A stretch of DNA of 64,000 nt from Acidobacteriota bacterium (GTDB taxonomy: Bacteria; Acidobacteriota; UBA6911; RPQK01; JAJDTT01), in assembly GCA_965209055.1 (NCBI GenBank), contig OZ242374.1:6013183-6077182 (forward strand), read 5' to 3'. Below the pieces are notes generated by a model that ran no database searches, was not told where the DNA came from, and worked only from the letters and a program-made list of their open reading frames with translations. The position numbers and the translations under genes are program-made. This document shows positions 1 through 9,664 of the stretch, in pieces. Within the stretch, counting starts at the first letter, position 1, and the number at the start of each line of letters is the position of its first letter.

Positions 1-482
1 GTCTTGACGTCGGCCCGGTTGTCGCCGTCGGTGTCCTCCAGATACCAGATGTCGGGAGCGTCGGTGACCAGCACGCCCTGCTTCCAGCGCAGGACCCCGG
101 TGGGCAGCATGAGGTCGTCGGCAAAGACCGTGCTGCGGTCGGGCCATCCGTCGCCGTCGGTGTCCTCCAGCAACTTGACCTGCCCGTTCCGTCCTGTATT
201 CAACGGGTAGCCGATCATCTCCACCACGTAGACGCGGCCCTCCTCGTCGATCTCCATGGCGACCGGATCTCGAATCAGAGGTTCCGCGGCGAAGACCTCG
301 ATCCGGAAGCCCTCTTCCAGCACAAAAGTCTCAAGCGCTTGCTGCGGGCTGAATGGCGGGCCGGACCGGGTGCATCCGGCGAACAGCAGCGTGGTTCCCA
401 GAAGGGAATGGAGCGCACGCCGCCACGGCGGCGGAACTATTTTCCGAACGAGTTGGTCGTGGACGTTGAATTGAGTCGTCAC
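1..482 (-). CDS. PVC-type heme-binding CxxCH / membrane-bound dehydrogenase-like lipoprotein, N-terminal part (runs off window)
   Basis: Manual translation of the - strand from GTG 482: lipobox LFAGC, then FAAEPLIRDPVAMEIDEEGRVYVVEMIGYP and LEDTDGDG repeats, typical of this family. Start codon uncertain. Confidence 0.7.
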   Translation of the reverse strand, partial: MTTQFNVHDQLVRKIVPPPWRRALHSLLGTTLLFAGCTRSGPPFSPQQALETFVLEEGFRIEVFAAEPLIRDPVAMEIDEEGRVYVVEMIGYPLNTGRNGQVKLLEDTDGDGWPDRSTVFADDLMLPTGVLRWKQGVLVTDAPDIWYLEDTDGDNRADVK

Positions 483-655
483 GAGTGCAGATTCTAGGAG
501 TCTGCGCCGTAGAAATGATCGTAGCGAGAAAGTGGAGAATCGAGGACAGATTTTCACGATTTTGAGGTGCATAGTTGTTCTATTCACCGAGAAATCGCAC
601 GAATATGGACCGATTCGCCGCTTTCGCAGTAGATTGATTTCTGCGGCGCAGGCTC

Positions 656-1621
656 CTAGTCCGCTTTCTGAAGCTTCTTCCTCATCTTGTCGAGCATGTC
701 GTCGACCATGCGGTCCATGTCGTACCCGGGTTCCCAACCCCATTCCCGCCGCGCGGCGCTGTCGTCGAGCGAGCGGGGCCAGGAATCGGCGATGGCCTGG
801 CGGAGCGGGTCGATCTCGTAGTCCATCTCGAATTCGGGGATTCTCTTGCGAACGGCGCCGGCCAGTTCGGCGGGGGTGAAGCTCATGGCGGCGACGTTGA
901 AGTCGGCATGGTGCCTGAGCCGGGCGAAATCGGCCTCCGCCAGGTCGATGACGGCCTTGATGGCATCGGGCATGTACATCATGGGCAGGCGTGTGTCCGG
1001 CTTGAGGAAGCAGGTGTACCGCTTCTCCCGAATGGCCCCGAAGAAGATCAGGACGGCGTAGTCCGTGGTGCCGGCGGTCGGTTCCTGGTCCATGCAGCTG
1101 ACGATTCCGGGCAGCCGCAGTCCACGGACGTCCAGGCCCACTTTCGTCGAGTAGTAGTTTCCCAGCAGCTCGCCGAACACCTTGGCGATTCCGTAGAGGG
1201 TGTTCGGCTTCTGGATGGTGTCGTTGGGGGTGGGTTCGCGGGGCGTCTCCGGACCGAACGCCGCGATGGAGCTGGGAGCGACGACCTTCTCCACTCCGCA
1301 GGCGTGGGCGGCCTCCAGAACGTTGTAGAGGCCGTTGATGTTGACCTCATGCCCACGCTGCCGCTCCTGCTCCGCCAGTGCGGAGAGGATGGTGCTCAGG
1401 TGATGGATGGCGCCGATCTCGTATTTCCAAATCGTGTCGACGACCTGGCTGTAGTCGGTGACGTCGACCACGGTGGCGGGGCCGCCTCTGATCACGGAAT
1501 CGGGCAGGGCCGTCCTGTGGCCGGCCGCCACGACCATCTCGCCCCCGTAACGCGCTCTCAACGCGGGAACCAGATCCTGGCCGATCTGACCGGCCGCGCC
1601 TGTGACCAATATTCGCTTCAT
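656..1621 (-). CDS. NAD-dependent epimerase/dehydratase family, L-threonine 3-dehydrogenase-like (extended SDR)
   Basis: TGAAGQIG Rossmann motif, PSSIAAFG, YGIAK catalytic motif, GTTDYAV and RQAIADSWP motifs of SDR-type threonine dehydrogenases. Confidence 0.85.
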   Translation of the reverse strand: MKRILVTGAAGQIGQDLVPALRARYGGEMVVAAGHRTALPDSVIRGGPATVVDVTDYSQVVDTIWKYEIGAIHHLSTILSALAEQERQRGHEVNINGLYNVLEAAHACGVEKVVAPSSIAAFGPETPREPTPNDTIQKPNTLYGIAKVFGELLGNYYSTKVGLDVRGLRLPGIVSCMDQEPTAGTTDYAVLIFFGAIREKRYTCFLKPDTRLPMMYMPDAIKAVIDLAEADFARLRHHADFNVAAMSFTPAELAGAVRKRIPEFEMDYEIDPLRQAIADSWPRSLDDSAARREWGWEPGYDMDRMVDDMLDKMRKKLQKAD

Positions 1622-1656
1622 GGACTTGCCCCACAACGGTCGGGAAATGACACGCG

Positions 1657-2223
1657 TCACCCTTCCAACGGTTCGGTTCCGGTCCCGGCATCACCATGTG
1701 CCAGGGAATCGGCGACTCGCTCCACGGCCTGTCGAAATGATTTCGGATCGATGGCTGGATACCGATACAGCTTGGACTCGATGGCGGCAAAAAGACGCAT
1801 CAGATTCTCCGGCTCGATCCATCCGCCCCGACCCAGCGCTTCCACGTCCTTCAGATCCTGGGCATGGCGCCGCTCAATCTTCGCGAGCGCTTGAGAATAG
1901 GGATCGTAATGATAGAAGGACACCCTTCCCTCACGGGCAACGAACAGGCTTCGCTCCCTCCACCCGGGCAGTTCGGGGATGAAGTCGGACGGTGACGCCA
2001 GCTCGATGTTTATTTTCAGATCCTCTTTCAGCCGCGGGACCGACCTGAAAACCTGATCGGTTTCGGGGAAAAACCGGATATCGACGTCGACTGTGGTCGA
2101 GCGCCAGCCCAGCAGAACCGCAGTCGCGCCGCCGGTGAAGTACAACCGGGTCTCGACCGGCGCCGCTCGACCGACCGCGCGCATGAAACGGCGGATTCGG
2201 TCCAGGTCTGCTAGTTTGCGCAT
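1657..2223 (-). CDS. DUF6036-like nucleotidyltransferase
   Basis: GGATAVLLG..STTVDVD (GG...DxD NTase motif); C-terminal KIERRHAQDLKD. Confidence 0.7.
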   Translation of the reverse strand: MRKLADLDRIRRFMRAVGRAAPVETRLYFTGGATAVLLGWRSTTVDVDIRFFPETDQVFRSVPRLKEDLKINIELASPSDFIPELPGWRERSLFVAREGRVSFYHYDPYSQALAKIERRHAQDLKDVEALGRGGWIEPENLMRLFAAIESKLYRYPAIDPKSFRQAVERVADSLAHGDAGTGTEPLEG

Positions 2224-2486
2224 TCCGCCGCCCGCTCGAAGCTGACAAGCCGCCGGATCAGCGCGTTGTATTTCGAATGAGCCCCGTCAGGGTCGGATTG
2301 AGCGAGGTGCAGATACAGTTTGATTTCCGGTGAACGGATGACCCGTCTGGGAATCGGAAGCCCGATTTCGCGCAATCGGGGCGCGCCTATCGAGACCAAA
2401 AGCGCAGACACCGTCGTCTCCCCGCGCCGGAGGTCCTCGATTCCCTCGCGTACAATCTCGACTCCGGGGAATCTCTCCATATTCAT
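2211..2486 (-). CDS. Small hypothetical protein overlapping the nucleotidyltransferase gene (possible antitoxin/regulator)
   Basis: 91 aa ORF overlapping the downstream gene by 13 nt; plausible helical protein. Confidence 0.6.
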   Translation of the reverse strand: MNMERFPGVEIVREGIEDLRRGETTVSALLVSIGAPRLREIGLPIPRRVIRSPEIKLYLHLAQSDPDGAHSKYNALIRRLVSFERAAECAN

Positions 2487-2531
2487 GGCCTCATTTTATC
2501 AGCCGGCGACAGGCACGATTCGGCGCTTCGT

Positions 2532-3710
2532 TTACCGTTGCGCCGCTGCCGCGCAGATCCTTCGGGCTGCTCCCGTCACCTCCTCGTCGGTCCCGCCGAA
2601 CAGCAGCCGGATGTGATTTACGGACCCGAAAAGGTCGCCCGGTTCCGCCAGGACGCCCCAGTCGAAGAGGAGCGTTCGCGCGAACTCCGCTCCCGTCAGC
2701 CCCAGTCCGCTGCTGTTGACGAACAGGAAGGGAGCGCCTCTGGGAACGACATGGGAAAGGCCGGCGGCCGGCTCCAGTCCGGCCAGCATCAGGTCGCGGC
2801 TTCGCTGGTATCTCGGGGAAATCTCGTCGATCCATTCCTGGGGCCCCTCGATGGCGGCCTGGCCGGCGCGCTGAGCGACGTGCCCGCACTTGAGGACGCC
2901 CCACTCCAGGATCTTCCGCATGTACCGGATCAGGCGAGGCGACGCGGCGATGAACCCCAGCCTCCAGGGCTGCAGGGCGAAGGTCTTGGTGAAGCTGCAG
3001 ATGGTGACGATCCGGTCCCGGTCTTCCGCAACCGAGGCGAAACGGACATGGCGGGCGCCGTCGTAGAGCATGTTGTCGTAACATTCGTCCGACACCACGT
3101 AGAGATCGTGCCGGGCCGCCACTTCCACGATGGCGCGCAGGTCCTCTTCGCCGGCCACGAATCCGGTGGGGTTGGCCGGAGAGCTCACCACGATGGCCTT
3201 GGTCCTGGGGGTGATCACGGCCTCCAGCGCCTCCGGCGTCCACTGCCAGCCGTCCTCCTCCCGGGTTCTTGCGTAAACCGGGACGGCCCCCGCCAACTCG
3301 ACCAGGCCGAAGAAGAAGAAGCTGGGACTGAAGATGACCGCCTCGTCTCCCGGGTCCAGCAGCGTGGTGAAGACGACGTCCAGCGCGTGCATGGCGCCCG
3401 CCGTCACCAGGATCTCGGCCGCCGGGTCGAAGGAGATCCCGTCCCGGTCCTCCAAGCGTCCGGCGATGGCCCGGCGAAGTCCCGGGAAGCCGCTGGAGGG
3501 AGGCTGCCGGTTGCTCTGAGCCGCCCTCGTGGCCGCTTCGATGACGTGACCGGGCGGGGCCCAGAAGGGGGCGCCCTTGAGAATGATGACCTCCTTGCCG
3601 TCCGCGATGAGCGCCTGCGCGTGATCGGCCGCTTCGCTGGAGGGCACGCGTGGCAGTCTGGCCCGCTTGGCGATGTCCAAAGACTTCCGCGCCGGTATCG
3701 ACTCTCCCAT
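2532..3710 (-). CDS. PLP-dependent aminotransferase class I/II
   Basis: SSPANPTG, SDECY and SFTKTFALQPWRLG (PLP lysine) motifs. Confidence 0.9.
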   Translation of the reverse strand: MGESIPARKSLDIAKRARLPRVPSSEAADHAQALIADGKEVIILKGAPFWAPPGHVIEAATRAAQSNRQPPSSGFPGLRRAIAGRLEDRDGISFDPAAEILVTAGAMHALDVVFTTLLDPGDEAVIFSPSFFFFGLVELAGAVPVYARTREEDGWQWTPEALEAVITPRTKAIVVSSPANPTGFVAGEEDLRAIVEVAARHDLYVVSDECYDNMLYDGARHVRFASVAEDRDRIVTICSFTKTFALQPWRLGFIAASPRLIRYMRKILEWGVLKCGHVAQRAGQAAIEGPQEWIDEISPRYQRSRDLMLAGLEPAAGLSHVVPRGAPFLFVNSSGLGLTGAEFARTLLFDWGVLAEPGDLFGSVNHIRLLFGGTDEEVTGAARRICAAAAQR

Positions 3711-3717
3711 CCCCGCC

Positions 3718-5814
3718 TCAGTTCAGTTTCCTGGGCACCGTGACCGACCAGCTCCTCTGGAAGTGCCGCGCCCCGTTGACGGTCACTTCCACATCCACCA
3801 CATGATGAAAGGCCGCTTTGTCGCTGGAGGTGACCTCGTTTGCCCTGACTTCGATTTCGGAGTCCGGACGCTTGACCACGTAATCGGAAGTCGCCGCCAG
3901 AACGGCATTGGCGGGTTCCGCTTCCGACACGGTGAATCTGGAGCGGGTCACCGTGCGTTCCGATCCCTCTCCCCGGGCACCACTCGTCTCGCGGCCAAGC
4001 CGTACGGTCACCGCGTTTCCCGTGAGATCGTGGGTGATCGAATATTCCAGGGGCCTCCTCAGCAGCTTGGGGTCGGCCGTGGGGAGTTCCACAAGGTCCG
4101 GTTTCGGGAGTTTCGGACTCTGCTCCGGAATCACCGGCAGCAGGATATGCGACGGATAACGGCGGCTGCGGTGCAGCGTGTTCACCGCCGCCTGCCCCGT
4201 AGGCCAGGCGTTTTGAATGTCGGAGCCGGCGATGGCCACGCGAATCCGGTGCCCGGCGGCGAAGACGTAGGACATCTCCTTCACGTCCACTCCCAGCTCG
4301 TAGACCTCGCCGGGCGCCATCGCTTCCGGCTCGAAATGCGAGTTCCGGTGAGTTCCGCTGAGACCGCCGTAGCGCACCAGCTTGGAGGTTCCGTCCGGCG
4401 CCACGTCGATGAGCTTGACTCGGAAATAAGCCACTTCCGCCGTGGAGGAGACATGCAGCGTGGCCCGTGGGGCGCCCGACACCTCCATGTCCTCTTCCAG
4501 GGGAGGCGTGGTGTAGGTCAGGGAGTAGGCCTCGTCGGGACGCTGATCGATGGGCATGGCCCAGGGCAGAATGCCCCCGCCCCAATGCATGCCCGAGGTG
4601 ACGCCGACGGTGGGCTTGTAGCCGTAACTGTCCGCGGCTTTCCCGGACCCGGGGGACGGCTCCCGGCTCAGCTTGCCGTCCTCGCGGAAGTAAAGCCTGA
4701 TGGGCATGGCCCGGGCGATGGGCCACTCCGCCTCGGAACGCCAGAATCCCGGCTCTTCCAGCGGCATCCGGGACGCGGGAGGTGCGTATTTCCGGACATA
4801 CACGGTGACCGGCGGTTCGTCCACCACGCCGTTGTCAATGCCCTTGAGCCAGTAGTCGAACCATTTCAGATAGATGGGGCGGGTGTCGACGCGGGGCCCC
4901 GGGACGGCGTGCTTCTCCTCTCCGTACCAGTGTCCCCAGGGACCGACCAAGGCCTTCTTGAAGGGGACGTCCAGCCGGTCGAAGGCGCGCAGCAGAGCGG
5001 TGGGGTAGACGTCGGACCAGCCCGCCACCACGAAGACCGGACACTTGACCCGGCTGTAGCCGACGGACAGGGAGCGGTCCTGCCAATACGGTCCCTCGGT
5101 CGGGTGGGAGATGTAGCCGATCCCCCAGGGGCGATTGTTCTCCAGCCGATGCTGCCAGATCTCGCTCCATTTCACGCCGGCGATCTCGGGATCGGGAGGG
5201 GCGAAATTGAAGGCGGTCATGAGAGGAGAGTAGCTGTCGAACATGTAGGGGCGAAGGACGCCCCCGGGATAGGTCCACTCGGTGTAGACGCTGTCGTTGG
5301 CCGAGCGGACGATGATGGTCTTGAGGTGGGGAGGGTTCTGGACGGCCACCTGCCATTGGACCACCCCGCTGTAGGACTTCCCCAGCATGCCCACGTTGCC
5401 GTTGCACCAGGGCTGGGCGGCGATCCACTCCACCATTTCGTAGGCGTCACGCCGCTCGTCGGCGGCGTAGATGTCCCGGCTCCATCCGCCGGAGTTGCCC
5501 GTGCCGCGCACGTCGTACTGCACCACCACGTAGCCCCGCTCCGCCAGATAGGGAACGGCGGGCGGATATTCGTCCCGGTAGTCCGGCAGGGCAGGTTTCA
5601 CCCGCCGGTAGGGGTTGTATTCCATGATGGCGGGATATTTCCCCTCGGCGTCAGGCCGGGTGATCCTCAACGCCAGCTCCACGCCGTCCCGCATGGGGAC
5701 GTACCGGTGGGTCACCTTGACCTTTCCCTCGTACACGGGCTGGGAAGGGCTTGCCGCGGATTGGCCGAAAACGTTGGCGGAAAGTCCGATCGTCATGAAA
5801 ATGAATAAAAGCAT
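3718..5814 (-). CDS. CocE/NonD family serine hydrolase (secreted)
   Basis: PMRDGVELA, DVRGTGNSGG, nucleophile GKSYSG, GPWGH, PepX_C-like C-terminus. Start approximate. Confidence 0.85.
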   Translation of the reverse strand: MLLFIFMTIGLSANVFGQSAASPSQPVYEGKVKVTHRYVPMRDGVELALRITRPDAEGKYPAIMEYNPYRRVKPALPDYRDEYPPAVPYLAERGYVVVQYDVRGTGNSGGWSRDIYAADERRDAYEMVEWIAAQPWCNGNVGMLGKSYSGVVQWQVAVQNPPHLKTIIVRSANDSVYTEWTYPGGVLRPYMFDSYSPLMTAFNFAPPDPEIAGVKWSEIWQHRLENNRPWGIGYISHPTEGPYWQDRSLSVGYSRVKCPVFVVAGWSDVYPTALLRAFDRLDVPFKKALVGPWGHWYGEEKHAVPGPRVDTRPIYLKWFDYWLKGIDNGVVDEPPVTVYVRKYAPPASRMPLEEPGFWRSEAEWPIARAMPIRLYFREDGKLSREPSPGSGKAADSYGYKPTVGVTSGMHWGGGILPWAMPIDQRPDEAYSLTYTTPPLEEDMEVSGAPRATLHVSSTAEVAYFRVKLIDVAPDGTSKLVRYGGLSGTHRNSHFEPEAMAPGEVYELGVDVKEMSYVFAAGHRIRVAIAGSDIQNAWPTGQAAVNTLHRSRRYPSHILLPVIPEQSPKLPKPDLVELPTADPKLLRRPLEYSITHDLTGNAVTVRLGRETSGARGEGSERTVTRSRFTVSEAEPANAVLAATSDYVVKRPDSEIEVRANEVTSSDKAAFHHVVDVEVTVNGARHFQRSWSVTVPRKLN

Positions 5815-5840
5815 CGTCTTCTGCCGGATCAACGTTGTCG

Positions 5841-7163
5841 TCAGCCGTTGCTCCAGTCGTATCGCCGGCGGTTCTTCCACTGGCCTTCCGTATAGTCAGG
5901 CACCTCCTGGGTGGCCCCGTTCTCACGGACGGATTTCGCAGAGAGGGGGATGAGGGAGCTCCAAGTGACGGCGTCGTAGACGTCGATCCCCGGGGTCCTG
6001 TCTTCCGTCAGGCACTTGTAGAAATGCTCGACGACGAAATAGTCGCCGCCGCCATGCCCGGTCCGCAATGCCGCCTCCCCGTGCCGGGTCCAGAAGGGGT
6101 GATCGTAACGCTCGTAGTAGTCCGGGACGGGGTCCCAGTCCTTCGACTTTCCGTCAACGAACATCCCCGCTTCGTCGTCGTACGAGGCCTTGGTGCCCTG
6201 AAGCGTGTAGTAGTCGATGTGGTGCGGCCGCGGGGAACAGATGTCGAAGCGGAGGAAGATCACGGCTCCGTTCTCGGTCCGAATCAGGCTCACGGTGTTG
6301 TCCCCGTTCCAGGTGGCCGTAGCTCCCGGACTGTCCGGACCGAATCGCCGGATGGCGTATTCGCGAAAGCTGTAGGCCGGCGTCATCATGCTCACGCATT
6401 GCCGGAGTTGATCGCCCCGCGGGATTCCGAACCACATGGAGGTGGGGCCGAGGGCATGGGTCGGATAGGTGTTGGCGATCAGGTCCGTCCGGCTGTTGAG
6501 CGATCCGCGCCAGTTCAGCGATCCGTCCTCATCGAACTGCAGGTTCCGGGCTTCGTGGATATAGCCGCACTCGGCGAAGGTGAGGGTTCCGAAGACCCCC
6601 TTCTCGACCGCGTTCAGGATCATCATGTTGCTGCGGGTGAAGCACAGGTTCTCCGCCATGAAATACTTGGCGTCCGTCTCCTGAGCCGCCCGCACCAGGT
6701 CCCAGCCTTCCTGAATGGTGTTGCAGGCGGGCACCTCGCTGAAGACGTGCTTGTGCGCCCGCAAGCTGTCGATGGCCATGGGTCCGTGCCACCAGGTGGG
6801 CGTAGTGATGAAGACGGCGTCGACGTCGTCGCGCTCGAGCAAGCGCCGGTAGTCGTTGGGACCGTCGGTGTAGGTGTCGGGCTCGTACCCGAGCTTTTCC
6901 CGCACCATCTCGACTCCCCGTTGAGCCGCCTCCTCCCGGAAGTCGCACAGCGCCGGAACGTCGACGTTGAACCGGTCGAGGGACGCCTTGAGGAAGAGCG
7001 TGCCCCGGCTCCCAACGCCGATGATGGCGATCCTGAACTTCTTGGAGCCGTGCTTGCCGGAGACGGCCGGCGGCGCTGCGCCGAGGGCGGCCGGAGCCAC
7101 GGAGGCCGCCAATGCGGTGCCGCTCCCGGTTTGGACAAATTCCCGGCGGTTCAGTTTCTTCAT
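5841..7163 (-). CDS. Gfo/Idh/MocA oxidoreductase, GH109-like, with Tat signal
   Basis: NRREFV Tat motif, IIGVGSRG, SEVPA, AENLCF, YPTHALGP, GHGGGDYF. Confidence 0.85.
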   Translation of the reverse strand: MKKLNRREFVQTGSGTALAASVAPAALGAAPPAVSGKHGSKKFRIAIIGVGSRGTLFLKASLDRFNVDVPALCDFREEAAQRGVEMVREKLGYEPDTYTDGPNDYRRLLERDDVDAVFITTPTWWHGPMAIDSLRAHKHVFSEVPACNTIQEGWDLVRAAQETDAKYFMAENLCFTRSNMMILNAVEKGVFGTLTFAECGYIHEARNLQFDEDGSLNWRGSLNSRTDLIANTYPTHALGPTSMWFGIPRGDQLRQCVSMMTPAYSFREYAIRRFGPDSPGATATWNGDNTVSLIRTENGAVIFLRFDICSPRPHHIDYYTLQGTKASYDDEAGMFVDGKSKDWDPVPDYYERYDHPFWTRHGEAALRTGHGGGDYFVVEHFYKCLTEDRTPGIDVYDAVTWSSLIPLSAKSVRENGATQEVPDYTEGQWKNRRRYDWSNG

Positions 7164-7320
7164 CGCGAATGACCTTCCTGTTGTCGGAGTGAAGACCCGG
7201 AGGGGGGATGTGAAGGTGGGCCTTTCCGGTCCCCCCGATGCCATGCGTCGGAGCTCGAGAACCCCCGGCCCCATCCCGGCCGGCTCCAGATCACCAATCT
7301 CCCAATCCTCACCGGCAACA

Positions 7321-9399
7321 CTAGTTCAACTGGCGGGGAACCGTGATCGACCAGCTCTTGTTGAAGTGGCGGGCTCCATTGACGGTGACCTCCACGTCCG
7401 CCACGTAGCGAAACGAGGTCTCGTTGCTGGTCGTCAGCTCGTTGGATTCCACCCGAATCTTCGATTCCGGCCGATCCAAGGTATAGACCGCCTTGGCGTT
7501 GACCGTGGCCCGGGCCGGATTCTCCGACGAGACCGTGAAACGGGAATCGATAAGGAAAGTGCCTCTCACCACGTGGAGCCGGAGCGTCGTGGTCTTGCTC
7601 ACCAGATCGCGGGTAATGGAGTACTCCTTGGGCTGGGACAGGTCGTCGGGATCGGCATTGGCAAGGCGCTTCAGTCCGGGCGCGGGCAACTCCGGGTTCT
7701 GCGCAGGCACCACCGGAATCACCAGGTGGGACGGACGACCTCTGTCCCGGTGCAGTGTAATCACCGCCGGCTTGGGCGTGGGCCAGGCATTCGGCATATC
7801 GCCGCCGGCGACGGCGACCCGGATCCGGTGCCCCTTCGCGAACACGTAGGACATGGCCTTCAGATCGAACCTCAGTTCGTGGACGGCGCCCGTCTCCAGC
7901 GGTTCCGGACGGGAGTGCGAGTTCCGATGAGTGGCGTTGAGTCCCCCGTAGCGGACCAGCTTGGACGTTTTGTCCGGGGCCACGTCGATGAGCTTGACCC
8001 GGAAATAAGCCACCTCGGCAGTCGATGAGACGTGGAGCACCGCGGTGGGATTTCCGGTGACCTCCAAATCCTCCTCCAACGGCTCGGACGTGTAGACGAG
8101 GGAATGGGCCTCGTCCAGGCGTTGGTCCACGGGCATCCCCCAGGGATTGATGCTCCCTCCGGCATGGATGCCCGAGGTGATGCCGACGGCCGGGTCGTAT
8201 TCGTAACGGTCGGATCCGGACTCCGTTCCCGACGGCCGTTCTCGGCCGAGCCGGCCGCCGTCGTGAAAGTACATGGGCGTGTTTTGGGTTCTGGGAACCG
8301 GCCAATCCATCTCCGACTGCCAGAAGCCCGGCTCCTCCAGGTACATCCTCGCCGAGGGTTCTTTGTACTGCCGCTTGAAGAGGGTCACCGGGGGTTCGTC
8401 CATCACTCCGTTGTCGATTCCCTTGAGCCAGTAGTCGAACCACTTCAGGTATTCCAGGCGCCCGTCGATCCGGGGTCCGGGAACGGTGTTGTGGACTTCC
8501 GGCCACCAGTGTCCCCAGGGGCCGACGAGGGCCCGCTTGGGCACCTTCAGCTTGGAGAAGGCCCGAAGCAGGGCGGTCGGGTACCAGTCGGCCCAGCCGC
8601 CGATCACGAACACGGCGCACTTGACCCGGTCGTAGCCGGGCGCCAGGGACTGGCCGCGCCAGTAGGGACCATCCAGCATGTGCTTGACGTAGCCGTAGCC
8701 CCAGGGCCGGTTGTTCTGGAGATGCTCCTCCCAGATCGCGCTCCACTTCTCCCCGGTCAGTTCCGGGTCCGGGGGAGCAAAGTTCATGGCGGTCATCTGG
8801 GGCGCATACCGCCACATGACGAAGGGCCGGAGCACTCCGCCGGGATAGATGAACTCGGTGTAGTTGTCGTCGTTTCCGGAGCGGACGATGATGGCCTTCA
8901 GGTGCGGGGGCGCCTGCTTGGCCACCTGCCACTGCACCACTCCCCCGTAGGAAATCCCCATCATTCCGACCTTCCGGTTGCACCAGGGTCGGGCGGCGAT
9001 CCACTCCACCATTTCGTAGCCGTCCCGTTGCTCGTCCTGGTTGTACATGTCCCGGGTGGAACCGCCGGAGTTGCCGGTCCCGCGGGTGTCGTACTGAACG
9101 ATGGCGTAGCCCTGCCCGGCCAGGTAGAGCATGGGTTGAAACGGCCACGGCTCGTCGTCGTACTCCAGGGCGCCCTGCTTCAGGAAACGGTAGGGGTAAT
9201 AGATCATGACGGCCGGAAACCGGCCCTCGGCATCGGGGCGAATGATGCGCACCGCCAGCTCCACGCCGTCCCGCATGGCGACGCGCTCGTAGCTCACCTT
9301 GAGCTTGTCGCCGTAGGGGGTGCCGGCCATGGGGTCGCCGGAGGGTTCGGCGGAAAGGCTCACCGAAGCGAGGGTCGCGAACAGGAGAAGAAAGAACAT
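7321..9399 (-). CDS. CocE/NonD family serine hydrolase, paralog of 3718-5814
   Basis: AMRDGVELA, DTRGTGNSGG, GISYGG, GPWGH; colinear similarity with the neighbouring paralog. Confidence 0.85.
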   Translation of the reverse strand: MFFLLLFATLASVSLSAEPSGDPMAGTPYGDKLKVSYERVAMRDGVELAVRIIRPDAEGRFPAVMIYYPYRFLKQGALEYDDEPWPFQPMLYLAGQGYAIVQYDTRGTGNSGGSTRDMYNQDEQRDGYEMVEWIAARPWCNRKVGMMGISYGGVVQWQVAKQAPPHLKAIIVRSGNDDNYTEFIYPGGVLRPFVMWRYAPQMTAMNFAPPDPELTGEKWSAIWEEHLQNNRPWGYGYVKHMLDGPYWRGQSLAPGYDRVKCAVFVIGGWADWYPTALLRAFSKLKVPKRALVGPWGHWWPEVHNTVPGPRIDGRLEYLKWFDYWLKGIDNGVMDEPPVTLFKRQYKEPSARMYLEEPGFWQSEMDWPVPRTQNTPMYFHDGGRLGRERPSGTESGSDRYEYDPAVGITSGIHAGGSINPWGMPVDQRLDEAHSLVYTSEPLEEDLEVTGNPTAVLHVSSTAEVAYFRVKLIDVAPDKTSKLVRYGGLNATHRNSHSRPEPLETGAVHELRFDLKAMSYVFAKGHRIRVAVAGGDMPNAWPTPKPAVITLHRDRGRPSHLVIPVVPAQNPELPAPGLKRLANADPDDLSQPKEYSITRDLVSKTTTLRLHVVRGTFLIDSRFTVSSENPARATVNAKAVYTLDRPESKIRVESNELTTSNETSFRYVADVEVTVNGARHFNKSWSITVPRQLN

Positions 9400-9495
9400 T
9401 TCGGGCCCCTCCGTTAACGGCTGGTTTGCAGGGTTTCGACGAGAGGGAAAAGGATTTCGCGAGTCTATGCCCTGCCCCGACGCCGGTCAACCCGG

Positions 9496-9549
9496 GGAGC
9501 GGCGGCTCTCCAGCCGCCGCAACAGGAGCGAGGGTGGTTCACCCCCGCG
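9496..9549. repeat. Tandem REP-like hairpins (GGAGCGGCGG...CCGCCG family)
   Basis: GCGGCGGCT-ctcc-AGCCGCCGC stem followed by a degenerate GGAGCGAGGG copy; a related pair occurs at 35667-35731. Confidence 0.6.
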
Positions 9550-9562
9550 TCCGGGGTCCGAA

Positions 9563-9584
9563 GGGGACTAACAGTCCCTCCTCC
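9563..9584. repeat. Unoccupied attB-like palindrome GGGGACTAACAGTCCCTCCTCC
   Basis: Same GGGACT-AAC-AGTCCC core and GGAG flank as the element junctions, with no element sequence adjacent. Confidence 0.8.
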
Positions 9585-9664
9585 AGTTCGCGTTGCCGGG
9601 GTATCCTTGCTAGCATTCCCTCAAACGACAAGTCCACATATCTCGCCGGGACGCTGATCGAACG

